From positions 4,682 through 68,681 of the forward strand of contig DASVNT010000065.1 in assembly GCA_036383715.1 (NCBI GenBank): 64,000 bases of DNA, in the 5' to 3' direction. Of the stretch, positions 9,351 through 18,399 are shown piece after piece. The position numbers were made by a program, and so were the translations under genes. Under the pieces are notes generated by a model. The model had not been told where the DNA came from. It did no database searches and worked only from the letters and a program-made list of their open reading frames with translations. The DNA is from Sphingobium sp. (GTDB taxonomy: Bacteria > Pseudomonadota > Alphaproteobacteria > Sphingomonadales > Sphingomonadaceae). Position 1 is the stretch's first letter; each line of letters starts with the position of its first letter.

Positions 9351-10162
9351 ACGCCTCTGATAGCGAAATCACGATACTGGAGCCGACGACGGCTCTCTCC
9401 GTTGAGACGGTCCAGTGGGTTCGCCACTGGAACGAGCATCTGTTCAGCTTTGCGATCACGCGCCCCTCAACCTTCCGTTTCCGCTCCGGCGAGTTCGTGA
9501 TGATCGGCCTGCAGGGCGACAAGAAGCCGCTGCTGCGCGCCTATTCGATCGCCAGCCCGTCCTATGCGGAGGAACTGGAGTTCCTGTCGATCAAGGTCGA
9601 GGATGGCCCGCTGACCTCCCGTCTGCAGAAGATCGAGGCAGGCGACCAGATCTATCTGGGCCGCAAGCCGACCGGCACGCTCGTCTCCGACGCGCTGATC
9701 CCCGGCAAGCGCCTGTTCCTGCTGTCGACCGGCACCGGCCTTGCGCCGTTCCTGTCCGTCATCCGCGATCCCGACATCTATGACATGTTCGCGCAGATCG
9801 TGGTCGTGCATTCCGTGCGCCGCGTCAGCGACCTTGCCTATCGCGAGGAACTGACCAGCTCGCTGGCGGGCGATCCGCTGGTGCAGGATCAGGCGCTGTT
9901 GCAGCTCCAATATCTACCGACCGTGACCCGCGAGCCGTTCCACCGCGCGGAGCGCATCACCACGATGATCGACAATGGCGGGCTGTTCGATACCGGCACG
10001 CTGGGCGATGCAAAGCTCGATCCCGAAAACGACCGTTTCATGCTGTGCGGCAGCATGGAGATGATCAAGGAAACCTCGGCCATGCTCGATGCCCGTGGGT
10101 TCGAGGAGGGCGCGAACAACAAGCCCGGCACCTATGTCGTGGAGCGCGCCTTCGTCGGCTGA
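9347..10162 (+). CDS. fpr: Ferredoxin--NADP+ reductase (bacterial subclass I)
   Basis: RAYSIAS, GPLTSRL, STGTGLAPF, MLCGS, C-terminal ERAFVG. Confidence 0.96.
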   Translation: MNASDSEITILEPTTALSVETVQWVRHWNEHLFSFAITRPSTFRFRSGEFVMIGLQGDKKPLLRAYSIASPSYAEELEFLSIKVEDGPLTSRLQKIEAGDQIYLGRKPTGTLVSDALIPGKRLFLLSTGTGLAPFLSVIRDPDIYDMFAQIVVVHSVRRVSDLAYREELTSSLAGDPLVQDQALLQLQYLPTVTREPFHRAERITTMIDNGGLFDTGTLGDAKLDPENDRFMLCGSMEMIKETSAMLDARGFEEGANNKPGTYVVERAFVG

Positions 10163-10184
10163 GCCGCGACGGCACTTCCTATGC

Positions 10185-10219
10185 AAAGGCCCCCTCCCCG
10201 AAATGGGCGGGGGCCTTTT
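10185..10219. terminator. Bidirectional intrinsic terminator
   Basis: AAAGGCCCCC...GGGGGCCTTTT between convergent genes. Confidence 0.8.
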
Positions 10220-10223
10220 GCGT

Positions 10224-10556
10224 TCAGGACGGCTCGATGATCCTCAGCAGTCGGTCGTCGGTGACGGTCATGGTGAAGATCGGCTCCGCATCGGCAGGAA
10301 CCTCCGCAATCGCATCGACAAAAGCCGCGCGGGTTTCCGGCTCGTCATAGACCATCTTCTGATCGAAGGCGGCGCGCCATGTCGCCTCGTCCGGCCATTC
10401 CGCATAGCCCACAAAGCGTCCGTCCGCATCGCGGTGCAGGCGCGACCCGTAACTGCCATAGCGCAGCCGGATGAGGTCGGTGCCCCGCGCCCAGGCGCGG
10501 CGGAACTGATCCTCCTTGCCAGGATGCACCCGCCACCAATAGACCGCGACGAACAT
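10224..10556 (-). CDS. Antibiotic biosynthesis monooxygenase (ABM) family protein
   Basis: YWWRVHPGKEDQFRRAW...GSRLHR...GYAEWPD. Confidence 0.8.
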   Translation of the reverse strand: MFVAVYWWRVHPGKEDQFRRAWARGTDLIRLRYGSYGSRLHRDADGRFVGYAEWPDEATWRAAFDQKMVYDEPETRAAFVDAIAEVPADAEPIFTMTVTDDRLLRIIEPS

Positions 10557-10607
10557 CGCCTCTCTCCTTCCCCTCCAGCAATCGCCGGGCGGCGGCGAGG
10601 TTCCCGG

Positions 10608-11078
10608 TCAGGGCCGCAGAGCGTCCACCAGCGCAACCGCCGCCGCGTCCACTTCCGCCCATGTCGTCTCGAACCCGGCCTCGTCGCCGAAATAGGGGTC
10701 GGCCACAGGCTGCCCCTCCATACCGGGCACCACGTCCATCAGCAGGGCGAGGCTGGCGGACGCATCCGGGGGCGCGAGGCGATGCAGATTGGCGAGATTC
10801 TCGCGATCGAGCGCGAAGATATGGGTGAAGCGGTCGAAATCATCCTGCCGCACCTGCCGCGCGCGCAGGACCGAAATGTCGATGCCATGGGCCAGAGCGG
10901 TCGCCTGCGCACGGGGATCGGGCGGGTTGCCGACATGCCAGTCCCCGGTTCCGGCGGAGTCGACGGTGATCTCCAGCCCCACCGCCTCCGCGCGGGCGCG
11001 CAGGGCCGCTTCGGCGAGGGGGGAACGGCAGATATTGCCGAGGCAGACGAAGAGGATCGCCGGTCGCTTGCTGATCAT
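10608..11078 (-). CDS. Low molecular weight protein-tyrosine phosphatase
   Basis: FVCLGNICRSP P-loop; DSAGT; VADPYFG. Confidence 0.95.
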   Translation of the reverse strand: MISKRPAILFVCLGNICRSPLAEAALRARAEAVGLEITVDSAGTGDWHVGNPPDPRAQATALAHGIDISVLRARQVRQDDFDRFTHIFALDRENLANLHRLAPPDASASLALLMDVVPGMEGQPVADPYFGDEAGFETTWAEVDAAAVALVDALRP

Positions 11079-11121
11079 GGGCGTGGGATAGCAAGCGACG
11101 TCGCCCGCCGCCAGCACCGCC

Positions 11122-11919
11122 TTAGACGGGGAGGGTGAACTCTATGGGCGCGATGAATTCCAGCCGGTCGCCGGTGATGGCATCCGGCGCGCGGGGATAG
11201 GGGGAGGCTCGGCGCATCATCGCCATCGCTTCCTCGTCCAGCACAGCCTTGCCGGACCCGGCCAGGATCATGCCGTCGATCAGCGCGCCGGTACGGTCGA
11301 GGATGAAGCGGACGCGGACGATGCCTTCCTCGCGGCGCATGCGGGCGCGGCGGGGATAGACCTTGTGTGCGTAGAGCCAGGAGCGGACGCGGGCGGCATA
11401 GGCCATGCTCTTGCCTGCCGGGGCGTCCGCGTCCAGCCCGTCGGCGACGCCACGCCGTTGCGGCGCCGCTGACGGGGTGGTCGAACGGGGTGAACCCTGC
11501 GCCGCAGCCGCTGGGCTGGATAGCGGAGACGACGCAGGGTTCCGCGCGGCCGCCGGGGTAGTGGCAGCCGCGACTGGCGGTAATTGTGTGGCTGGCGAAG
11601 CCAGCGGAGAGGGCAGGGGCGGCGGCGGCGGCACGGTCGCGGGGACCGGCGGCGGCGACGCCTGTTGCTGCTCCACCGGATGGGACTGATCCGGTTGAGC
11701 GGCGGCCTGCGGCTCGGCGGTCGGCGCCTGTTCCTCACCCTGATCGCTGCCTTTCAGGGCGGCGAGCGACAGGACCGAGAGGGAGGGGCTTTCCACCCAC
11801 CGCTCCTGCCGTCCCGCGCTCAACGTCAACAGCGCCGCGATCAGCAGGCCGTTGACCGCCAGCGATGCCATGGCTGGCACGCCGGGGCGCGAGAGGGTGG
11901 AGGAGCGCATCGTCGCCAT
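11122..11919 (-). CDS. TonB family energy transducer
   Basis: N-terminal TM, Pro/Ala-rich spacer, YPRRARMRREEGIVRVRF TonB_C domain. Confidence 0.9.
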   Translation of the reverse strand: MATMRSSTLSRPGVPAMASLAVNGLLIAALLTLSAGRQERWVESPSLSVLSLAALKGSDQGEEQAPTAEPQAAAQPDQSHPVEQQQASPPPVPATVPPPPPLPSPLASPATQLPPVAAATTPAAARNPASSPLSSPAAAAQGSPRSTTPSAAPQRRGVADGLDADAPAGKSMAYAARVRSWLYAHKVYPRRARMRREEGIVRVRFILDRTGALIDGMILAGSGKAVLDEEAMAMMRRASPYPRAPDAITGDRLEFIAPIEFTLPV

Positions 11920-11923
11920 CGCG

Positions 11924-14032
11924 TCAGAAAGTGTTCGCGAAGGTGAACTTGAACGTCTGCCCCTCCGCCGGGAGATAGGAGAGGTAACGGCGGTAATAGG
12001 TGTCGAAGATATTCTCCGCGCTGATGCGGAACTCGACGCCCTTGGCCGCGCCGCTCTGCGGACGGAAGGTCAGGAAGACACTGTGCGTGTTATATCCGGG
12101 CGTGGCCTGCCCCGAACCGGCGCTGATGAAGCCGCTCGTCGGCACCTTGTTCTGCGCGTCGGCAAACTCCGCCGTCCAGCCGCCGGACAGGCCGGTGCGG
12201 GCGTCCGCATAGCCGACCGTCAGATGATATTCATTGGCCGGGATGGTGAACAGATACTGGCCGCTGCTCAGGTTCTTGCCGTCGATGATCGACAGATTGC
12301 CCCGTGCGAAAAAGCCGCCGATGCCATATTCCGCTTCCAGTTCGACGCCCCGGATGCGGGAACGGCCGACATTGACGAAATAGGGCGTGCTGCCAGCGAC
12401 GCCTGCAGCAACGCTGTTCGTCTGAATCAGATCCTTCACGTCATTCTGGAAGAAGGTGGTCTTGGCGCGCAGGCGATCGTTACGGTCGGCAATGCCGTCG
12501 AAGGACAGCGTAAAGCCTGCCTCGACATTGTCCGACTTTTCAGGCCGCAGGAACGGGCTGTACGACCGGTTGCTGGCGCTGCTGAACGTCTCGTCGATGT
12601 TGGGCAGCTTCACCGTATGGGCGTAGGAGCCAAAGACACCGAACCAGTCGGTCAGATTGTACAGCGCCGCGATCTTGGGGGACACGCCGCTGTGGCGTGT
12701 GCGCTGCGGCTGCGCACCGATATAGGTCGTCGCGCCGGGGCGCAGGTCGGTCCAGTCGACACGGACGCCGGGCATGATGGTCAGCTTGTCGGACCACACG
12801 ATCTCCAACTGGCCGAACAGGCCGTAGCGGGTCATGCCGCCTTCGGGATGGGTGCCCGCACCGGCGCTGATCGTGCCCGATGTCGTCACGCGCGGATTGG
12901 TCCGCGTCTGGTCGATCCACTGGCCGCCCACGATCAGGAAGGTCTTCCAGTCACCGCCCAGTTCGATCTGGCTGGTGTTCTGCACCTTGGCCTGCCAGCT
13001 CTCATAGCCGAAGGTCGATTTGGTGACGTTGGTCAGGAAGTTCGTTTCGGTCTGGACGACGTTGGAATCCGCATAGGAAAGCTGCGCCTCGACATTCAGC
13101 AGCTTCGACCCGTTGAAATCGTTCACATAGCCGACGACGCCGGTCTTGTCGTGAACGCGGCGGCGCATGAGGTTGCCGACCGCACCCGTCACCTGATCGT
13201 AGACTTGCGGCGTGTCGCTGATCCAGTCCTGATAGGACACCCAGATCGCGTGCTTGCGGTCGCCGGAGAAATTATAGCGCGCCTTGCCCAGCCAGCTGTC
13301 CGCCTCGGTCTTGGAGGCGGCGACGATATTGCCATTACCGTCACGATAGTCGCTGCTGCGGCGGATGTTGTAAGTGCCGAGCAATTCGAGATTTTCCACC
13401 GGCTTGAAGGCCAGAATGCCGGACCCCGTCTTCGCCTCCGCATTGGTTTCCGTCGCGCCCTTCAGTCGCAGCGCAATGGAGCCGCCGTCGGTCAGGAAGT
13501 CCGCCGCGTCCTTGGTCGTGAAGTTGACGACGCCGCCCAGTGCGCCATTGCCGTACAGGGTGGAGGAGGCGGGGCCGCGCAGAACCTCGACCCGCTTGTA
13601 GAGTTCGGGGTCGGAGAAGAAGCCGCCCATGCGGTACTGCTCGTAATATTTCTGCACGCCATCAACGGTGATGACGACGCGGCTGTCCGGATCGCCAATG
13701 CCAGAACCCAGGCCGCGAATGTTGAAGCCCTGACCGAGCTGGCCGACGCCGCCCTGGATGCTGACGCCCGGAATGCCTTCAAGGAGGTCGCCGATGGTGC
13801 TCGCCTGCTGCTGGTCGATGTCTTCCTGATCGAGGGCGGTGACGGCCTGCGGCGTGTCGATCGCGACCTTCTCCGCACCTGCCGAGACGATCAGGCGGTC
13901 GAGGGAGAAGCTGGTGGTCTGGTCATCGCTGCTCGGCGCGGCCTGCTCCGGCGATGCGGCCTGTGCCATCGCCATGGTGGGCGCGGCGGCCAGCGCAGTA
14001 CCGAGGAAAAGCAGGCGTCTGGTATTCAACAT
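11924..14032 (-). CDS. TonB-dependent receptor (heme/hemoglobin receptor-like plug)
   Basis: Signal peptide, NIRG, RVEVLRGPASSTLYGNGALGGVVNF, C-terminal Phe. Confidence 0.92.
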   Translation of the reverse strand: MLNTRRLLFLGTALAAAPTMAMAQAASPEQAAPSSDDQTTSFSLDRLIVSAGAEKVAIDTPQAVTALDQEDIDQQQASTIGDLLEGIPGVSIQGGVGQLGQGFNIRGLGSGIGDPDSRVVITVDGVQKYYEQYRMGGFFSDPELYKRVEVLRGPASSTLYGNGALGGVVNFTTKDAADFLTDGGSIALRLKGATETNAEAKTGSGILAFKPVENLELLGTYNIRRSSDYRDGNGNIVAASKTEADSWLGKARYNFSGDRKHAIWVSYQDWISDTPQVYDQVTGAVGNLMRRRVHDKTGVVGYVNDFNGSKLLNVEAQLSYADSNVVQTETNFLTNVTKSTFGYESWQAKVQNTSQIELGGDWKTFLIVGGQWIDQTRTNPRVTTSGTISAGAGTHPEGGMTRYGLFGQLEIVWSDKLTIMPGVRVDWTDLRPGATTYIGAQPQRTRHSGVSPKIAALYNLTDWFGVFGSYAHTVKLPNIDETFSSASNRSYSPFLRPEKSDNVEAGFTLSFDGIADRNDRLRAKTTFFQNDVKDLIQTNSVAAGVAGSTPYFVNVGRSRIRGVELEAEYGIGGFFARGNLSIIDGKNLSSGQYLFTIPANEYHLTVGYADARTGLSGGWTAEFADAQNKVPTSGFISAGSGQATPGYNTHSVFLTFRPQSGAAKGVEFRISAENIFDTYYRRYLSYLPAEGQTFKFTFANTF

Positions 14033-14134
14033 TTCTGGAATGCCCCCAAAATTCTGTCTGATCTTGTTGATCGTTCTGCCGGCGACGACCCGATCGCCAT
14101 CCGGCTGCCCCTTCACCTAACGGCAGTTTTTGAG

Positions 14135-14153
14135 ATTGCAAGTGATTCTCAAT
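14135..14153. promoter_or_regulatory. Fur-like iron box in divergent promoter
   Basis: ATTGCAAGTGATTCTCAAT; shares the ATTCTCA half-site with 8871 and 35786. Confidence 0.75.
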
Positions 14154-14195
14154 AGCTATATCGGAGGGCGCAACGAAACAGGAGGAGTATCGAGA

Positions 14196-14999
14196 ATGAA
14201 GCTGGCCGGGGGACACCCTGCATCGCTGAAGGCGGCGCTGGCGGGGGCATTTCTTGTGGGGGCGACAGCCGCAGGGGCGCATATGCCCTATGTGCTGCCG
14301 ACGCTGTTCGATCTGGGCAAGGGCGACCATGTGACGGTCGAATCCTCCTTTGCGGAGGACGCCTTCGTCCCCGAAGTCGCGATGCGCGATGCCTCCTTCC
14401 ACCTGATCGGTCCCGACGGGCAGAAGCTGGGGACGGGCACCGTCACCTATTTGCGCGACCTGTCGATCTTCGAGGCCGATACCAAGGCTGACGGCACCTA
14501 TCGCATCACGACGGGCCAGCGCGCGGGCCGCAAGGGCAAGATGGCACGCGTGGGCGACAAATGGGAAGTCCGCGCCGAAAGCGCGCCTGCCAAGCCGGGC
14601 GAGCAGGTGGTGGACGTGCAGAGCATGACGCTCGCCGACGCTTATGTGACGCGCGGCGCGCCCACGACGGCGGCACTGAAACCGCGCGGCGAGGCGCTGG
14701 AAATCCAGCCGGTCACGCACCCCAGCGACATCACCGCCGGGTCCGACGCCAGCTTCGTGCTGCTGTATGACGGCAAGCCGCTCGCCAATGAGGCGGTCAC
14801 GCTGTTCCGTGCGGCGGGCGTGCATGACGGGCGCAAGGTTGCGGGCGAAGTCCGCAGCGACGCGAGCGGCAAGTTCACGCTCAAGCCGACCGATGCCGGC
14901 ACCTACCTCATCCTCGTCCGCCATCGCGGCGCGGCGCCCGCCGGGGCGGAAACGCCCTATCGCAGCTACACCTATACGCTCGCCTTCGACGCGGCCTGA
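14196..14999 (+). CDS. DUF4198 family periplasmic protein
   Basis: AGGAGG RBS, signal peptide ending AGA-HMPYVLP, LEIQPVTHP, LYDGKPL, YTYTLAF. Confidence 0.82.
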   Translation: MKLAGGHPASLKAALAGAFLVGATAAGAHMPYVLPTLFDLGKGDHVTVESSFAEDAFVPEVAMRDASFHLIGPDGQKLGTGTVTYLRDLSIFEADTKADGTYRITTGQRAGRKGKMARVGDKWEVRAESAPAKPGEQVVDVQSMTLADAYVTRGAPTTAALKPRGEALEIQPVTHPSDITAGSDASFVLLYDGKPLANEAVTLFRAAGVHDGRKVAGEVRSDASGKFTLKPTDAGTYLILVRHRGAAPAGAETPYRSYTYTLAFDAA

Positions 15000-15026
15000 G
15001 CTAGTCTATCCGACAGGAGACATGAT

Positions 15027-15533
15027 ATGAAAAAGACCCTGATCCTCGCGGCCGTCGCAGCCGCCACTGCCGCCGCCATCGCCGTTCCCGCGCTGGCCGC
15101 CCCGCATGAAGGCAGCGCCTTCATCCACGACTATGATACGAACAAGGACGGCAAGGTCACGAAGGCCGAGTTCGACGCTGTGCGCGTAAGCCGCTTCAAG
15201 GCGACCGACGCCAATCACGACGGCACGGTGTCGGAAGAGGAATATGTCGGCGAATATCAGGCGCGCCTGGAAAAGCAGCTCGCCGAATCCGACGATACGG
15301 CGGAGCGTAAGGCAGAAGACCGCCAGCGCCAGATGCGCCAGGCCCATGTCCGCTTCGGCGTGCTCGACAAGGACAAGGACGCGAAAATGACGCAGGCGGA
15401 ATATGACGCCTCCGGCACGCGCGCCTTTGCCGAACAGGACGACGACAAGGACGGTATAGTGACGCAGGCGGACGCGACCGCAACAGCGGCCAAGCAACTC
15501 GCCGCCCGCGAAGCACGCGCCAACCAGCAATAA
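15027..15533 (+). CDS. Secreted EF-hand protein
   Basis: Signal peptide; four EF-hand loops: DTNKDGKVTKAE, DANHDGTVSEEE, DKDKDAKMTQAE, DDDKDGIVTQAD. Confidence 0.9.
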   Translation: MKKTLILAAVAAATAAAIAVPALAAPHEGSAFIHDYDTNKDGKVTKAEFDAVRVSRFKATDANHDGTVSEEEYVGEYQARLEKQLAESDDTAERKAEDRQRQMRQAHVRFGVLDKDKDAKMTQAEYDASGTRAFAEQDDDKDGIVTQADATATAAKQLAAREARANQQ

Positions 15534-15580
15534 GCAGGAGGACGGGAAGGGCCGAAGAGGCCCGTCCGGCCTATATATAG

Positions 15581-15620
15581 AAAAAGGGACGCAACGGCGA
15601 CGCTGCGTCCCTTTTCTTTT
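15581..15620. terminator. Bidirectional intrinsic terminator
   Basis: AAAAGGGACGCA...TGCGTCCCTTTTCTTTT between convergent genes. Confidence 0.85.
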
Positions 15621-15635
15621 CGTCAGGGGAGATCG

Positions 15636-16796
15636 TTATTCCGCCGCCTGCGCAGCCGGAACCGCTTCGGCAATCGCCTTGGTCTGGGACAGCGAACTGC
15701 CGAAGCTGTGGAGGCCCAAAGCGTGGAGGCCGCCGAGGCCGCCGCAAACGAACAGCACCATGTCCTTCGGCTCCGGCGTGGCATAGACCTTGCCATCCTC
15801 GCGAACGCGGCCCTGCGACTCGAGCTGGCCGCGATGCAGCCCCTGCAACCAGTCGGCCGATGCGGCGGCGTTTTTCCAGATGATCTCCTGCACGTCCTCG
15901 ATATTCGGGACTTCCCTGGCGACGATCTCGGCGCAAATCGGGTTGATGCCGATCGTCATCTCCGAATATTCCATCGACGGCGAGTAGCAGTTGGCGCCCG
16001 CATAGCTCACCGACTTGCCGATCATCTCCAGGAAGGCGACCGCGCCCGTGGAGGTGGTGTCGAGGACGTTCATCGTGCCCATGGTGCTGAATGCGGTGAC
16101 GGCATTGCCCTTCACGCCCGCGCGGCGCTCGGCCAGTGGCGCCCACGGCGATTTCTCCTCCCACTCGCCCATCAGGATGCTGGCGAGGCGGCCCGGCGAG
16201 CCAAAGGTCGTCTGCGAGGTGACGCCCGCGACCTGTCCCGCGACGTTGCGCATGATCAGGCGGATGGCGCGGCCGATTGCATTGGCCCGCGTCGCCACGC
16301 CGCCCGCGCAACCGTAGCTGTAGGGGATTTTCAGCGCGTCGCGAACCGGCCCATTGACGATGAAGCCCGGAAAGACCGGCGCGGTCGTCGCGTTGACGCC
16401 GTAAAGTTCGAAGTCCGGTTCGCTGATCGCCTCGATCGCGGCGATGATCAGTTCCAGCGATTCCGGCGGCGCGCCCGCCATGACGGCGTTGATGACGATC
16501 TTCTCGACCGTGCATTCGCTGTTGTCGGGCATGCGCGCGATCAGCTCGTCGGGGTAGCGGTCATTCTCCGACAGGAACATGCGGACGCGGGCATCGGTCG
16601 GCGGGATGAGCGGCAGGCCGTCGCCCCAGCCCAGTTCCACCGAAGCCTCGGTGAACGCCTCGATGCTGTCCTCCACCTCGACGCGGCCACTGGTCAGCCA
16701 GTCGACCTCGCACCCGGCGGGACCGCAATCGCGGCTGACGAGGGGCTTGGCGACCCTGTTGCTGCGCGTCGACGGCTTGATCTTGTGGATGGTCAT
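15636..16796 (-). CDS. Uncharacterised UGSC-partner protein (GDGLP.IPPT family)
   Basis: GWGDGLPLIPPT, VEKIVINAVMAG, RANAIGRAIRL, EWEEKSPW; N-terminal CGPAGC; ATGA overlap with upstream gene. Confidence 0.8.
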   Translation of the reverse strand: MTIHKIKPSTRSNRVAKPLVSRDCGPAGCEVDWLTSGRVEVEDSIEAFTEASVELGWGDGLPLIPPTDARVRMFLSENDRYPDELIARMPDNSECTVEKIVINAVMAGAPPESLELIIAAIEAISEPDFELYGVNATTAPVFPGFIVNGPVRDALKIPYSYGCAGGVATRANAIGRAIRLIMRNVAGQVAGVTSQTTFGSPGRLASILMGEWEEKSPWAPLAERRAGVKGNAVTAFSTMGTMNVLDTTSTGAVAFLEMIGKSVSYAGANCYSPSMEYSEMTIGINPICAEIVAREVPNIEDVQEIIWKNAAASADWLQGLHRGQLESQGRVREDGKVYATPEPKDMVLFVCGGLGGLHALGLHSFGSSLSQTKAIAEAVPAAQAAE

Positions 16797-17353
16797 GCCG
16801 CGATCTCCTTTTCGGTCAGGCTGGCGCCCATGACGGACAGCAGCCCCTCGAAATAGGCTTCGGCCACCGGCTCCACCTCCTCGCGCGACAATTCATTGAG
16901 CGGGTAGGGGAGGACATGCACGCGCAGGCCCGACCGGCCGCCGCGCGCGGCCAGTTCATGCGCGAAAGCCTCGAAATTCTTCGTGGCCACCGCAACGGTG
17001 GGAACGCCGGCATTGGCGGCGGCGACGGCGTCGCGGATCGTCCACCCGGTGCAGCTGCCGCAATTGGCGAGGCCGGAAATGACGATATCGACGGTCTTGA
17101 GCCACGCCTCCAGCGAGCGGGCCTGTTCCTCACCCTCTTCGCCGGAGCGGTTGGTGGAGCGCCAATAGGAGACTTCGGCACCCGCTGCCTCGAACTTCGC
17201 GGCCCAATTTTCGCTGATCCAGTCCCAGCAGCGCCAGATCTGGTCGAGGCGGAAGCCGATGCGCTTGCCTGCCAGCGCGCCCGCATCGGGGCCGGGGCTG
17301 GCATTGTCGTCCATCCGCTTCGCCGTGGGATCGAGTACCTTGATCAGCGTCAT
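16793..17353 (-). CDS. UGSC family (seleno)protein, Cys form
   Basis: VLDPT N-terminus; GLANCGSCTGWTIRDAV...GVPTVAV; first Cys codon is TGC; AGGAGG RBS. Confidence 0.8.
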   Translation of the reverse strand: MTLIKVLDPTAKRMDDNASPGPDAGALAGKRIGFRLDQIWRCWDWISENWAAKFEAAGAEVSYWRSTNRSGEEGEEQARSLEAWLKTVDIVISGLANCGSCTGWTIRDAVAAANAGVPTVAVATKNFEAFAHELAARGGRSGLRVHVLPYPLNELSREEVEPVAEAYFEGLLSVMGASLTEKEIAA

Positions 17354-17477
17354 GATTCGCCTCCTATGCGGGACGACTCTCCATGCGGCGGTCGTCCTGT
17401 TCTTGACGGGATGCTTGCAGATGGTCGCTGGTACGTCCAATGTATTTGGACGACGACTTTGATACGCTGGACGCATC

Positions 17478-18377
17478 ATGCTGGAACTTCGGCACCTGAG
17501 GAACCTGACGGCGCTGGCGCAGCGCCTCAATTACGCGCGCGCGGCGGAGGATTTGGGCATTACGCAGCCGACGCTCAGCCGCTCGATTCAGGCGCTGGAG
17601 CGTCAACTGGGCGTGCGGCTGTTCGACCGGGATCGCAGTGGGGTCACATTGACGCCGCAGGGCCGCATGGTGGCGGAGCGCGCAGGCTTCCTGCTGGCCG
17701 ATGCCGACGACCTGGAGCGACAATCGCAGTTGAGCGCAGCCGGGGAGGCGGGACGCATCCGGTTCGGCATGGCGCCGATGCCCGCCCGCGCGCTGTTGCC
17801 CCGCCTGCTCTCGACCCGGCTGAAAGCCGCGCCGGACGTCGCGAACGAGGTGGTGGTGCGCGACGTGCAGGCGCTCTGGGGCCTGCTGACTACGGGCGAT
17901 ATCGAGTTTTTCGTCAGTCAGGACGGCCTGTTGCAGGACGTGTCGCAGGCGCGGGTGGACATGCTCGGCCATTTCCCGATCAGCCTGATCGTGCGGGCGG
18001 GCCATCCGTTACTGGCCGGAGACGACCCGGCGGCGCGCTTTCCGCTGTTACGGTCGAGCTGGGCGGGCCTGCCCCTACCCACCGAGATTCGCGACAATGT
18101 GCGCGGCGCGCCCAATGTGGTCGAGGATTTCGGAACGCTGGCGGCGGTCACGGCGTCGAGCGACGCGATCTGGTTTTCATCGCCCTTTGCCGTGACGGAG
18201 GAGCTTGCGGAAGGACGCCTGTGCGAACTTCCCGGCACCCAGAGGCAGGAAGTGCGCGTGGTGATGTACACGCTGGCCCGCCGTTCGCTGTCTCCGCTGG
18301 CGCAATCGCTCAAGAAAGCGATCCGGAATCATATCAAGACGATGAACCCGGCGGACGTGTTCGCTATGAGCACATGA
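17478..18377 (+). CDS. LysR family transcriptional regulator
   Basis: NYARAAEDLGITQPTLSRSIQALERQLGVRLFDR HTH; divergent from the UGSC pair. Confidence 0.95.
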   Translation: MLELRHLRNLTALAQRLNYARAAEDLGITQPTLSRSIQALERQLGVRLFDRDRSGVTLTPQGRMVAERAGFLLADADDLERQSQLSAAGEAGRIRFGMAPMPARALLPRLLSTRLKAAPDVANEVVVRDVQALWGLLTTGDIEFFVSQDGLLQDVSQARVDMLGHFPISLIVRAGHPLLAGDDPAARFPLLRSSWAGLPLPTEIRDNVRGAPNVVEDFGTLAAVTASSDAIWFSSPFAVTEELAEGRLCELPGTQRQEVRVVMYTLARRSLSPLAQSLKKAIRNHIKTMNPADVFAMST

Positions 18378-18399
18378 TACGGAGCCGGAGACTCGCCGC

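Noticed and set aside
11460-11730. Low-complexity GGC/CCG-rich stretch
   Set aside because: It encodes the normal Pro/Ala-rich periplasmic spacer of TonB
16793-17353. Selenoprotein with UGA recoding
   Set aside because: The motif is encoded TGC-GGC-AGC-TGC (CGSC) and there is no in-frame TGA
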